Positions 37,693 through 50,520 of a DNA stretch of 64,000 nt are shown in pieces. The stretch is from Octopus bimaculoides (lineage: Eukaryota), in contig NC_068984.1 in NCBI RefSeq assembly GCF_001194135.2, positions 17,069,944-17,133,943 on the forward strand, given 5' to 3'. Both the position numbers and the translations under genes were made by a program. Under the pieces are notes generated by a model. The model had not been told where the DNA came from. It searched no databases and was given only the letters and a program-made list of their open reading frames with translations. Position 1 is the first letter of the stretch. Each line of letters opens with the position of its first letter.

Positions 37693-37759
37693 ATCAAGAA
37701 ATTCTGAAAAGGAAATGGGGCTAGATTGTTCATACTCTAAGGAGATCTGAAAGCAACAT

Positions 37760-37950
37760 TGCAAGACAAATGTCAGACTGGCATCCTGAAGCAAAGAACA
37801 TGGTTGGACAACCTAAGAAGACCTGGAAAGGATGCATGAAGGATGAAGCAAAAGCAATCGGTCTCTCTTGGTCTCAAATCATGGAGGTAGTCCAAGATTG
37901 CATCCATTGGCAATGAAATGGTCATGGCCCCATGCTCCTTACAAGGTAAT
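37760..37950 (+). mobile_element. RTE LINE C-terminal fragment
   Basis: WHPEAKNMVGQPKKTWKGCMKDEAKAIGLSW resembles the RTE GRP.KTW motif. Confidence 0.6.
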
Positions 37951-38624
37951 GTGGACAAACTAACTAAACTAACTAGGATGACACTATAAGGTAAGTGTGA
38001 GAGGCCAGATTTGACCAGTTTGAAGATAAAACATGTAGCAATTTGGGCTCCATGTAGCTGGTTTAAATGCCACAGGGTTAAAATAATTAAGTAAATGGTC
38101 AAATTTGGTGGTGATTTTGACAACGATTGATAACTTTAACAGACAAACCAAAGGGTTTTGTGGGCAAGTAAGAGACAAAAACATTATGAGAGATGTAAGA
38201 AGATAGACTGACATAAAATAATGCAAGAGAGATATATCATTTGAAATGACAAAGAGGTACAAAGTAGAACAGGTTTTGCTGTAAAAGATCTTCATAAATG
38301 CACTAAGTCCAAGTCTTCTTAATCACTCAGTCAGGCAGAACATGCTGAATAATCCAACTACGATTTGAATGTTGGGAAGTAACCACACAATAGACAATGT
38401 TAGGACAAAAGGGAATTGAGTCACAAACACCAAAGGAAGTAACACATTATCAGCATATGATGAGCTCAGAAAAAGCAGGCTAAACAATAGGTATATGATC
38501 AAAATTGTTAAAATATATAAAGGATTCTTGAAACTTAAAGAACCAACATATCATCATCATCATCATCATCATTATCAACCCCTGGACATTACTGTCTCAA
38601 GTCTTGGGACTCATAGGGACAGTT

Positions 38625-39415
38625 ACTTTGTTTCTATGGTTTCTAAAAGATTGAGATCACAATATTTCCTCTGAACAGGACACCGGTTCAACACAGGGTT
38701 ACTCATTTACAGCTAAGTGGACTGGGGCAATGTGTAATGAAGTATTTTGCTCAAGAGCACAATGCACTGCACAGTCCAGGAGTCAAAACGATGATCTTGT
38801 GATTGTGAATGCAACATCTGAACCACTAGGCCACATGCCTTCACTAGCATAAAACAGATATGACTGAAAATGGAAATGAAGATACAGTTTGCAATTTCAA
38901 CCATTCCAAGGACAATTAAAAAAAATTTTTTAAATGCAATTCTGAAATTATGTTTGTCTAAAAATTGAAATAAAAATGGAAATTGTAGTTGTGGCTGATG
39001 CCAGTCCGCTTGACTGGCGCCTGTGCTGGTGGCACGTAATAAGCACCATTCACGCGTGGGTTGATGCCAGTGCTACCCAAGTGGCTCCTTGTGCTGGTGG
39101 CCTGTAAAAAGCACCATCTAAATGTTGTCAATGTCAGTACCCCGCAACTGGCTCCTGTGTGGGTAGCACATAAAAAGCACTATCCAAACGTGGTCGATGC
39201 CAGTGCCGCCTGACTGGCTCCCATGCTGGTGGCACGTAAAAAGCACCTACTACACTCTCGGAGTGGCTGGCGTTAGGAAGGGCATCCAGCTGTAGAAACA
39301 TTGCCAGATCAGATTGGAGCCTGGTGCAGCCTACTGGCTTGCTAGTTCTCAGTCAAACTGTCCAACCCACGCCAGCATGGAAAATGGATGTTAAACGATG
39401 ATGATGATTATGATG
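38625..39415. mobile_element. SINE family F (-) about 38625-38830 and family C (+) about 38985-39415 with five modules
   Basis: Family motifs; repeated gctggtggcacgtaaaaagcacc. Confidence 0.75.
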
Positions 39416-40192
39416 ATCCTAAACATATAAATATGTAAAGGATCCTATCTTTTGCAAAAAGTGAAGAGGCAGCTGAGTATGTCTATCACACCTTATTGAA
39501 ATTAACAGTCTAACTTTCCGTAAGGTCAGGCTAATTTAAAGACACTCAAGCTGGACTTATGCTTCAGAGATATTTTAACTACTACAGCTACCAAGAAAAA
39601 GGTGTGTAGCAGTCAGGTGAATAGTGGAAAAAAAATTTACAATAAATTAAAGAAGAAACAGGAAGTAACACCAGACTTTGAAAAGTCAAGCTTGTAATAT
39701 ATAATCTATGAGAATGACTAAGAAATATTCAAAATGTCTCCATATCCAAAAAAAGAAATCAAATATGAAACACTGAAATTTTCAAAGTTACAATTAATCA
39801 ATTAGTAAAAGACGATGGATGTGTTATTGAGAACTTTGCTTCCCAACCATAGAGTTTTAGGTTCAGTTCTACTGTGTGGCACCTTGGGTAAGTGTTTTCT
39901 ATAACCGCAGGCCAACCAAAGCCTTGTGGGTGGATTTGGAAGACATTAAACTGAAAGTCACCTGTCATATATACATATGTATATAAGTGCGTGTGAGAGT
40001 GTGTATGTTTGTGTCTCTTTGTCTTGACAACGTATGATAGTTGTAAATGAGTATCACTGTCATACAAGCAGTGTCATTCATTTCCAATATTCTGCAAAAA
40101 CATGTTTGACCATGGGGGAAATATAACCTTACTTGGAAACAGGTGGGAATGGATAGCAGGAAGGGAATCTGGTCATAGAAAATCTACCTCAA

Positions 40193-40403
40193 GGCAGCGA
40201 GCTGGCAGAAACGTTAAGCAGTATTTCGTCGGTCTTTACATTCTGAGTTCAAATTCTGCAGAGGTCGACTTTGCTTTTCATCCTTTCGGGGTCGATAAAT
40301 AAAGTACCAGTTACGCACTGAGGTCACTGTAATCAACTTAATCCCTTTGTCTGTCTTTGTTTGTCCCCTTTATGTTTAGCCCCTTGTGGGCAATAAAGAA
40401 CTA
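40193..40403 (+). mobile_element. SINE family B inserted in an older SINE (about 39820-40460)
   Basis: 16-bp TSD agaaaatctacctcaa (40177-40192 and 40404-40419). Confidence 0.92.
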
Positions 40404-40530
40404 AGAAAATCTACCTCAATAAACTTCCTCTAAGCCATGAAAGCAATGAAAAGTAGATGTCAAAGCAATGACGATGCTTACAAAATTGTCTCAGAGAACA
40501 TTAAAAAATTAAAAAATCAATCCTCTACAT

Positions 40531-40785
40531 CAGTGTTTCTCAACTGATTTTTACCTATGGACTCCTTTTGAATCCTGTTTAACCAGATGGACTCTCCTAG
40601 CTAATAAGTGTTTAAGAAATCATATCATATTTTTATAATTAAATATTATTAGGAATTGTACATGGAACCCTGCCATTAGAAATGAATTAATGGCTATAAC
40701 TGTGGATGATGCAAGGCAGATGTATTCAGCCTTCTGCAACCTTATTCAGTCAGTTATAACTGTTGATGGCAGACGTTTTGAATAA
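40531..40785 (+). mobile_element. hAT-like MITE end joined to a Tc1/mariner transposase C-terminal fragment
   Basis: CAGTGTTTCTCAAC start; 40663-40785 reads ...IRNELMAITVDD...IQSVITVDGRRFE*. Confidence 0.5.
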
Positions 40786-41227
40786 TACCTTTCCTTATCT
40801 TATGACAAATAAAAATACAAAATTTCATGCTTCCTCTTCATCTCTTTAGTTACAGGTTCTGAAAAATCTCAACACAAACAGCCTCAAGTTAGCTGTTTGA
40901 CCCTGTATAGTCTTTGTTTCAGATTTTGGTTACACACCTATGTAAGGATTACCAAGTGATAATGGACTGCACAAACTTGTCCTTAAAATAATGAAGCCTA
41001 CTGTGATTTTGTAGAAAGTGCTCATGTGCATACAACCAAACAGTAAAGAATGTACACATTGCAGGAGGGAATCTGGCACTCTCATAAGTTCTTGAAATGA
41101 TAATGAACGGATAGAAATCTAAAACCAATGGCTTGGATGTTTTTCTACAACAGAGACCACAGATTTATGATGCTCTATGGTTGTATTATATGGGAATCCA
41201 GAGTAGTCGTTACATAATTCATTAATA

Positions 41228-41425
41228 TTCTTTTCTACTCTAGGCACAAGGCCTGAAATTTTGGGGGAGGGAGCCAGTCGATTACATTGACCCCTGTACA
41301 CAACTGGTACTTAATTTATTGACCCAGAAAGGATGAAAGGCAAAGTTGACTGTGGCAGAATTTGAACTCAAAACGTAAAGAGAAATGAACTACTGCTAAA
41401 CATTTCGCCTGGCGTGCTAACGTTT
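41228..41425 (-). mobile_element. SINE family B
   Basis: Family motifs in reverse. Confidence 0.75.
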
Positions 41426-42639
41426 ATAATTTGTTAATATTCTAACAGAAATCTACCTTGAATACTTTTGGTAGATTCAAAAAGCTCATATACAGGAGTA
41501 GATGCTAAACAGTAAGACCACACCAAGAACTATCTTCAATGCCAGGCAATAAAAAGAAAGTTAATAGCGTTTCCAGTTCACTCCTTTTAATGATCAAAAC
41601 TGCCACAGTAACACATACACATTCCCACCCAAACATTTAAAAATATTATGTTTCTTATAGGATAATTTTATTTATGCATGTTATTCTTGAAGATAAGACT
41701 TTCTCAGCGATTGTTGACCAAAAATATCTTTTTTTTATTAACATCAACATTGCTCAGTCCACACCTATTACTCAACATCCTTGTTCTAATGGTTTGGTTC
41801 TGATGTTTGTACAAACATGCACACGCCACCAAAATTTTGTATGTGAATAAAAGTGTATTGCAAAACAGGCTACAACCCTTATTGTAGAGAACTACACTCC
41901 ATCTGACAAATAATGAGATCCTGGTAAATAGTGACAGGGTAGAGTTCAAGAAGTTATATCAACTTATGAATATGATGAGGAAGATAGTATCAAATATTTT
42001 ACAATAAGCACTCTATACTCTATAAAAAATATAACACTGAAAACTCAAAATTCTGGCATCAATTTCTGGTACCACCAAATCTGATTCCTCAATTTTTAAT
42101 TTGGTTAATCATAATTTCTTTATACTGATTGAAAGTACACAACATGTATGGCTAATGTGAATCATTAGGTTGCTTTTTAGCAGCTGAACTTGTTAAAGTT
42201 TGGATTTAAAGGATACAGCTAGGTCATCATAGCAATTTTTACATCATTAGAGAACTTTCTAACAACTAGGCATAAGACAAAACTTATACAATGAAAAAAG
42301 GGGCTGTTTTTGATACCACAAAGCTATAAAATAAAATTAAACTAGAAAAATACTACAAAAAGAAAATCAGAAACATCTAGTTTATTAGTTCATGTAACAA
42401 GAAAGATTATATGAACAGAAATATATATCATTACTGCTATCCAGTAGCCCCCCCCCCCCCGACTCAATATATACCCAGGTTTTCGCCACTCACTCCTGAC
42501 TCTTCTGTACTCTTTAATCACACTTCCTTCACAATATCCTGCCACTTATATTATGGCGTTTCGAACCTCAAGGTATGCCTGACACTTGCCACCATCTATA
42601 TCTCTCTTTTCATTTACTCAACCATCCCATTTATAGTCT

Positions 42640-43715
42640 GATTCCCGTCCCTTGTGAGTATGCCCGGCATTTTGCTACCATCTCTATCCTGCTGTCTCCC
42701 ACTCTCTCCCTCCTTCTCCCACACTTCCCTCAGGTTAGGTTACCATGAATTTCCTTTGCGGTAGCGCACCTGTTTCTGTTTTCATTCCTGATCTCTCTCT
42801 CTGGCTGGGTTACCTTGTACTTCCTCTACAGCAAGACACCTGTTTGTCTCTCTATCTCACTATAACCTTTCATCATCCAACACAAGATCACCTCCTCCTT
42901 CTTGAAAGTCTTTTTTTTTTGTCTTGCAAGTACTTGGTGACTGTCGGTGCAGATGCTACTTAAAAGCACTTAGTCCACACTGTAAACTGGTTGGTGTTTG
43001 GAAGGGCATCCAGCTGTAAAAATCTTACCGGAACTGACCTTGCCTGTGCTTGTGCCACATAAAAAGCACTAAGTCCACTGTGCTGAGTGGTTGATGTTAG
43101 GAGGGGCATCCAGCTGTAAAAATCCTGCCAAAACAGTCACAGAAGTTTGGTGCAGGTTTCTGCCTGGCCGGGTCTTGTGAAACCATCCCACCCATACTAG
43201 CGTGGAAGGTGGACGTTAAACAATGATGATGATGAGGATACATACATCTATTTTCTTCACTTCTTGCTACATTGGACTGATATCCTCTGCATCAAACCCA
43301 TTGCCTATTTCTAATCTTCAGTCATGCTATTCTCACTCAATGCACTTCCTATTCTGTCTTATGTTGTACCTGGAGCTCACAACTCTTCCTTCCTCTTTCT
43401 CACTTTCCAGTTGGGCAAGCCATGTATTCACCCCTTCAGCAAGACACCTGCCCTTCTTCCTCTCATAGTTTCTTTCTCCAGTCTATACCCAGCTCAGTTG
43501 AGCGAACTTATCTTGCAGATACTTGGCAACCTCATTGGTGCTGGTGCCACATAAAAAGTACCCAGTACACTCTTAAGAAGGGCATCCAGCTGTAGAAACT
43601 AAGCCAAACCAGACATAGAACCTGAAAGAAACCTCTGGCTTGTCTGTTCTTGTTAAACCATCCAACCCATGCCAAAATGGAAAAAGGGACATTAAATGAT
43701 GATGATGATGATGAA
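42640..43715 (+). mobile_element. Two tandem family C copies (about 42640-43235 and 43240-43715)
   Basis: Each ends in ggacgttaaa/ggacattaaa plus (GAT)n. Confidence 0.75.
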
Positions 43716-43967
43716 AGAGAAAGAGAGAGAAGTATACATGCAGATATACTCACAGCCACACCTCTACATACACACACACGAGAGCAGTTACTCTAAATAA
43801 GAACTGGTCTGCCTTCTGATGACTCATCTAACCCATATTAACAAGGAAGAACAGATGGGATGATGATATTGTAATGCTTGCTTTACAATAATTTGAATAT
43901 CTACTCCCTGGCAATAAGCAGGTTATTTAAGTTGAAAATATCAACAATGAAGAAATTGTCACACATG

Positions 43968-44003
<36 letters not shown>

Positions 44004-44138
44004 TGTATTACATGAGTAATCTAAAAACGTGTTCTCATTTTGAAAATCTCTACCTGATTGGTAAAGAGTTCAATAAAAACTCACTGAACTCGTTGATAGA
44101 GCACAGGCGTATTTACTATAAAATATCAAATAACTGAC

Positions 44139-44396
44139 CTTGATGAGGAGATTGTGTACCTTCTCCACTGGCAAAACCAACGTGTTCTTTTTGCCTTTCT
44201 CGAGGGCACCTTGTGCCTCTCGTATCGTCCATACATTAATTGATGTGGGGATGATTTTTTGTACACGTTCCTCCACATCTTGGATGGTATGTAATGGCAC
44301 TGCACACAATGTGAAAAGGAGCTGGAGACAAAGCTTTTCGATGTACTCCAATGCTTCATCTCGTGTTGTTAGATTGGTAATTACTTGGCGTTGAAC
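44139..44396 (-). CDS. Sos: SOS exon, first histone fold (VQRQVITNL...PVEKVHNLLIK, 86 aa, phase 0/0)
   Basis: Matches SOS1 VQGQVHPTL...DVEERVQK...LPVEKIHPLLK; acceptor ttttttccag|G, donor AAG|gtcagt; 258 nt. Confidence 0.96.
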
Positions 44397-44813
44397 CTGG
44401 AAAAAAAAAGACAAACAAACAATTTTAAAATCAAGAGCAAAGATTTATTATTCACAAGGAACATATTCAGTATAGTCTTTTTTTTAATATCATCACATGG
44501 CATGTAATTTTTTTACTTTCCTACCATTTTCATAGAATAGAATACTTTGGGTTTATTTATTCATTTATTGATTGTTATAATGTATTGGATGAAAGTTCAA
44601 ATCCAGTCGAAGTTTAGTCTTCTGAATAGAATTTATGAAAAGGATTTTTCTGCATCTCACCCCTATCGTCTGTATTAATGATGTAAAGCGTAGAGCAAAA
44701 GTTCAAATCTACTTAAAGTATTCTATCTTACAGTTGGCAGAAGGGGTGTATTTAGATATCTTCATTTCTCATTAATACAACTTCTGGACAATCATATTTT
44801 AAATAAATATACA

Positions 44814-44945
44814 GGCGCAGGTGTGGCTGTGTGGTAAGAAGCTTGCTTCACAGCCACATGGTCCTAGGTTCAGTTTCACTGAGTAGCACCTTCAGACAAC
44901 CAAAGCTTTGTGGGTGGATTTGGTAGGCAGAAACTGAAAGAAGCC

Positions 44946-44992
<47 letters not shown>

Positions 44993-45095
44993 TTTGTCCC
45001 TCACCACCGCTTGACAGCCAGTGTTGGTGTGTTTACATCCCCGTAACTTAGTGGTTCAGCAAAAGAGACTGACAGAATAAGTACCAGGCTTTAAA
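44814..45095 (+). mobile_element. SINE family A with (TG)n
   Basis: caggtgtggctgtgtggtaagaagcttgc head and family body. Confidence 0.85.
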
Positions 45096-45789
45096 AGATA
45101 AGACTATATACAAATATATATATATAACTAAGCACCATTCAGATGTTATTGCCACTTCCTTTGTGAAGACGTAACTAATAACTCCTAATTAATAACTCCT
45201 AATTACACTCAACACTTATTTTTGAATTGTCTCACCAAATAGACTAACTTATTTATACAAACAGTTCACAAAGTGAAAGACATTATTTTGCTATGAAGAA
45301 GAGAAGAAGCCTAATATTTTGAGCAAACATTTTCATTAGAGATGAATTATTTTCTATCAATAAGCATTCTCACTCTCGCTCTAATAAAAGGTCCTACCAA
45401 GAAACGTTAGATGACTTCTTTTCTTCACAGCAAAATGATTTTAACTAATTAATTTAACATTTTTATAATGGATTATATGTTGTTTGTGGACATTAGACAA
45501 CACTTTCATATACGTTGATTTTGATGCTCAAGGTCTTTTGTTAAAAAACAATATTGGCAATGATAATGTCAGGAAGAAGATAGTTTTGGATAACATGGCT
45601 TTTGGTTTCAAGAGCGGGAGGGTGGGAAGGAGAGTCAATATCTAACATTATTTGCTCTTTACACTTTAGTTTTCGATACTTTTACTAATCAATTGCTGTT
45701 TGTAAAATTATTTCTACACTTATTTCCATATTCATGCAGATGTTGAAATTCTAAGAATTGCTTACTGTTTCAGTTTTAATTCAGAAATT

Positions 45790-46030
45790 CTAGTCCTGGG
45801 ATATATCATCCATGCACTTAATTAAAAAAAGAAAAGAAAAAACCCAATAAAGTACATATCCTTGCCTCACTCCACTCATAAAAATATCTAACAACTGATT
45901 TTGCACACCAAATTTTCCATTTAAATCAGTTGAGGTATCCTCTTCCTTTCCAACTTCACATGAAAGTTTAGTCCAAAAGGGATTCAACTTTACATCTAAT
46001 TGCATTGCAGACTGACGAGGCTCTTTAGAT
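45790..46030 (-). mobile_element. RTE-type RT fragment
   Basis: ORF track SGVRQGYVL resembles RTE GVRQGCVLSP. Confidence 0.5.
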
Positions 46031-48820
46031 ATTTCTTTGCCATGAGGAAGAGGAGAAATATGATTTAGGCAGGATCCTCAAATTTAGATAACTATTCTAT
46101 TAAGCATTACCATAGACTAACAAGAGTAAAAGATTACAGACAAATGTATTCATGTAAATGCATTGCTTAATTATTTTGGTAATGTCTTTTCTTGCATGAC
46201 TTTAGGACAAATATTCTTTTGTTTTCTAATATCTATTTGCTTCTTTTATTTTTCCATATTTGTTCTATGATTATAAATGGCATGAAGTATGCAGACTTGT
46301 GAGAATCAACTACAGAGGTGAAGTTTATAGCTGTAAAGGCAAAACCAAATGGAGCTCCGGACACAGGCCATTATAATACAGTCAACTTACTCAGTAGGAC
46401 AGGAAGACAAAGAACTTAAAACTACAACATTGAACAAATCAGTATGATGAAACCCCAGAGAAAAGCAGTCAGATAGGTGACAGAAAACAAGGACACCTGT
46501 TTGTTGTTTTAGTCTGGTGTCAGACCTGTGATCAAAATCATTCTACTTAACCAGGCACAATGCACCTAAGACTGCGTCACTCAAGACGTCTTCTTCTCAC
46601 AACATACTAAAATATTATTTGAAGTAGATTTGGTTGCTATGTCTAGCATTTTGAGCAACCACATAGAGGCTCCTTTGTTGGTTTATGAAATGGCATGCTT
46701 AACAGAGCAATTACATAAAAAAAAAATAATAAAAGAGATAGATGCTGAATGTGGAAACATGAATGTTCTGCATGTTACTAATAACCCATATTGAATAAAT
46801 CTATAAAAAATATTTTCTTAGAGGATGTAGAGCCCATAACCTGATAAAAAAGGTTTTGTAAAATATTGATAGTTAATGTTTTATTGGATCAAATTAGTAA
46901 CTGAGAAAAACAGAAAAACTGGACAGAGGAATTTAAAAGCAGCACAAAATGCATGCATGTGTGTGTGTGTGTGTCCGTCAATTTATATCAGTGTGCTTTG
47001 TGTTTGGCCCTGAAAGAGAGACAGTGGATTCAGCATGCCAAAGAAAGATGAGAAATATATGGCTTTGGTAACAAAAGAAGGACAAATGCAATAGCAAGTA
47101 ATGTTGAATGAATAATGTATAAAGCAGCAGGATTAAATGACTAAATGTTTGAAGACAGGAAGGAAAATGAATAATATGATGGGCCAAAGAGCAGATAGAG
47201 GTTGTCTACGAGGAAGGATTCTTTAATAAAAGAGACAGATTTTTCTTGATTGCTAGAAGCCAGTATAGACATAAATTCATACAAAATTATTAAAATCTAC
47301 AGGCAGAGAGATAACTGATATTAATTAAGAACAGAATTAAATGAGAGTGCTAGAAATGTGTTTTAAATTATTTATGCATTATTGTAGGATATTTATGAGC
47401 AACAGAACAGGGAGAAGTAAAACAAGCTACCAGTTCTTCAAACTAGATTTTTAATAAGTCTAAAACAAATCAGTATAATCTACACCTCAATAAATTGATT
47501 AATTTAAATAGATCTTAATATGAGAATTTAATTGTTTTTAATCAATTAGTCACAAAATAGTGAATCTTTTCAAATGCTGCCGTAATTTCAGAGGGAAAAT
47601 CTGAGAGCAGATAAAGTTTTATAAGGGCCCAGTTTATGGAAAATTGATTTTCATTTCTGAATTTATTAGAACATTTTAAATATATAATTCTTATCTACTT
47701 AAGTCAAATATAACCAGTGAATTCAGATAACTAATTTGGAATTTTAAGATAGTCTACATAAGAAATTGTAAGAGAAATAAACCATAGAAGTGAAATGAAG
47801 TAGCCGTGATTTGGTTATTAAAACTACTCTCCTTTGTGCCCAGTACTTCATTTGTTTATCCAAAAAAAAAAAAGCAAGATAAAATAACATGTCTACAATA
47901 ATCTTGCAAATAAATAAATGAAATGAAAAAAAAACCCACTTCTCACTGACTACAATTGTCAAGAGATCAAATGGTTAAAGAATGTTTGTCTGTCTGTCGG
48001 GTAATCTCCTTCCCTCTCTTTCTCTTTCTCTCTCACACACACATACACACACAATAGTCCACAGACAGATTATAAACAATTACTACAATCATTAGGGAAA
48101 AGTAGCCAATGGTTAGCTAAGAGGTAACATTTAAGAGCTATCTGTCAGCTAGTTAAGATTCCTTTAGAAAGAGCATTCCGATCATAGTTAAAATATCAGA
48201 TTAGATAAGCCACACAGATGAAAGAAAGGGAGGAGAAGAAAAAAAAAAAGCAAAACTCCAAGGACAAACTTCGATTTTGTGGAACAAAACAACTGACTGT
48301 TACTCTGCATTCAACAAATACTTTCAAGGAAATAAATATATGGAGCGAGAGCGGGTGATTTTTAATGCCAACATAATACTTTTTATGAGTCAACATAGTA
48401 TTATGTCCTTTGTTTGTGAGAATATGTCAAGACAAATATTTGTACCAAGCAGTAAAAAATTCAAGATCCCACATGTTGTTAGGTCACACGATAGGTCATA
48501 GTGAACTGCTTATTAGAGACTCGAATATTTTGTGGGCGAGGTCGTTGTAAATTACTAATTCAAATTCTGAACATGTTCTTTTTAAATTGTATTATCAACC
48601 AATTCAATTATCTTAAATTGTGATTTAATATTTCCTTCAAATTAAAAAATAAAAATAAACCACCTATGTATACTTCCTTTTTTTCTTTTTTTTCTTCTTC
48701 ATAAATAAATGAACTATCAAAAGAAAATGCGCACATAACTAGGGAACCAATCCTATGCAGACAGAACAATATATGTAATATCTTGTATTATATGAAAACT
48801 AATGAATGGAGTCAACGTGT

Positions 48821-48966
48821 TCATATGTTTGCTCAAAGTTGTCCAATGCTATTCAATAACCAAAATACTTAACCTTTTCTTTCTTATAGCACTAGTCTTG
48901 TAAGAAAGAAAAGGTAAAGTATTTTGGTCATTGAGTAGCATTGGACAACTTTGAGCAAACATGTGA
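48821..48966. repeat. 146-bp foldback, about 68-bp arms with 10-nt loop
   Basis: Arms compared base by base: 5 mismatches. Confidence 0.93.
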
Positions 48967-50269
48967 TAAGAAAGTAACCAATCAAACATTCAGTGGTGAT
49001 CCACAGATTCAACATTGAGCAATGGGAGAGTTTCTTAATGTGATATACAGTGTCTAAGAGACAGGGAAAGAGAAAGAGAGAAAGAAGGAATGAGTTTAAC
49101 TTGAAATAGAGAGCACAATACTTTACAGGGTAAGTGGTGTTGCAATTTCAAAACAAAGAGGGACGATATTGTTTAATCTGATTTTGGACCACCCTACACA
49201 TTCTGTTACATTGAAAATTTGGTTGCATTATTAATACTCAGGTCAAAATATATGCATTACATTTCCTGTCCATTCTGATTTTTTTTTCTATGTCTAGAGA
49301 TTTACAGGATCATTTAAAAGCAAGTAAAAAGAGACAGCTGTGATTCTCTAGTATTTATTATGAAAAGTTGCAGATGAAACTAGAATTTAGAACTAGAAAA
49401 GAAATTTAATTTGTGGTTATTTTAGTGTGCACAAGTGTTTATATTTGTCTTGTTCTGTCGAGGAAAATGCATTTTGGAACAGTGTTCATGTGTATATTAG
49501 AGATCGTAATTTAACATGTAGCTTGATTTATAAGACTTTTGCTTGGAGTTGCACATGTAGTGTATCTTGATGGTCTTTGTTTTTCAAGGAATTTTGTTTT
49601 GTTGTGTGAAGCTGTTATGATAGTGCAGACTGTTATTATAAAGAGTATATTGTTTGTATTTTGTTATGATTTGGGGCAGATAAATTGGAAGCTTAGACAA
49701 GGCTGGCACCTTTATAAAGGACCTGATGTATTGTTTGTAGATTAGTGTCATGTTTTCCTTATTTTAGCAGAATGTTATGTAAGTGAGTGCTTGTAATCTA
49801 TATAATCTTGTTTTTGTTTTGGTTATGTCTTTTATATGTTGTGTGAACGATGACATTAAAGCTTTGTATTGTGAAGCAAAAAATTTTAGTCCTTTGTGTG
49901 AGAAATAATGACTGCTAAATTTGATGCTATACAAAATTACATTCTCAAGTTAGGTAACTGAAAAAAAAAAACATCTTATTTTGCAATGTTAAAAGAAAGA
50001 AAAAACTCATAATTTTTTGTTTGTTTCAGAAACATACTTGAGTTACCTATTTAATAGCTATAAACAGGTCACTTCTGGACAGAAAATATTTATAAATATG
50101 GCTGGATTAAAAAAGAACGTTTGACATGAATAAGGAGGGGTTATTTAGCTTTGGTGTGTATGAATAAATGTATTTACATAAATTCTATATTGTCCTGCAT
50201 TTAACCTAGCAACAACTATGCCAAGGAAACAAGAAAAACAAAATTATGGATAAAATTAACAACAAAATG

Positions 50270-50520
50270 GACACTAATTAAAATTAAGAGGTCTTATAAC
50301 AAAAGAGTAAATGGAGGGACAACCTACACCAATTCAAAGATGGCCTCACGTCTTTTAGGATTGTGAAACTTAGAGAAATATGAGAAACACCTACATCCTG
50401 CAATGGACAGCTCAAGGCTAATGCTATTGATGATGACGATGATGATGGTGGTGGTGGTGATGAGTGATAGTGATGGTGATGATGATGATGGCTGTGATGA
50501 TGACAACGATGATGATGAAG
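50270..50520 (+). mobile_element. LINE (probably RTE) 3' end with long (GAT/GGT)n tail
   Basis: acctacatcctgcaatggacag...gctattgatgatgacgatg. Confidence 0.5.

Noticed and set aside
47744-47962. ORF MKYWAQRRVV... as alternative SOS first exon; also strong donors near 53883, 55155, 58307 and 63530
   Set aside because: No SOS-like sequence and no transcript evidence; such donor motifs occur by chance.
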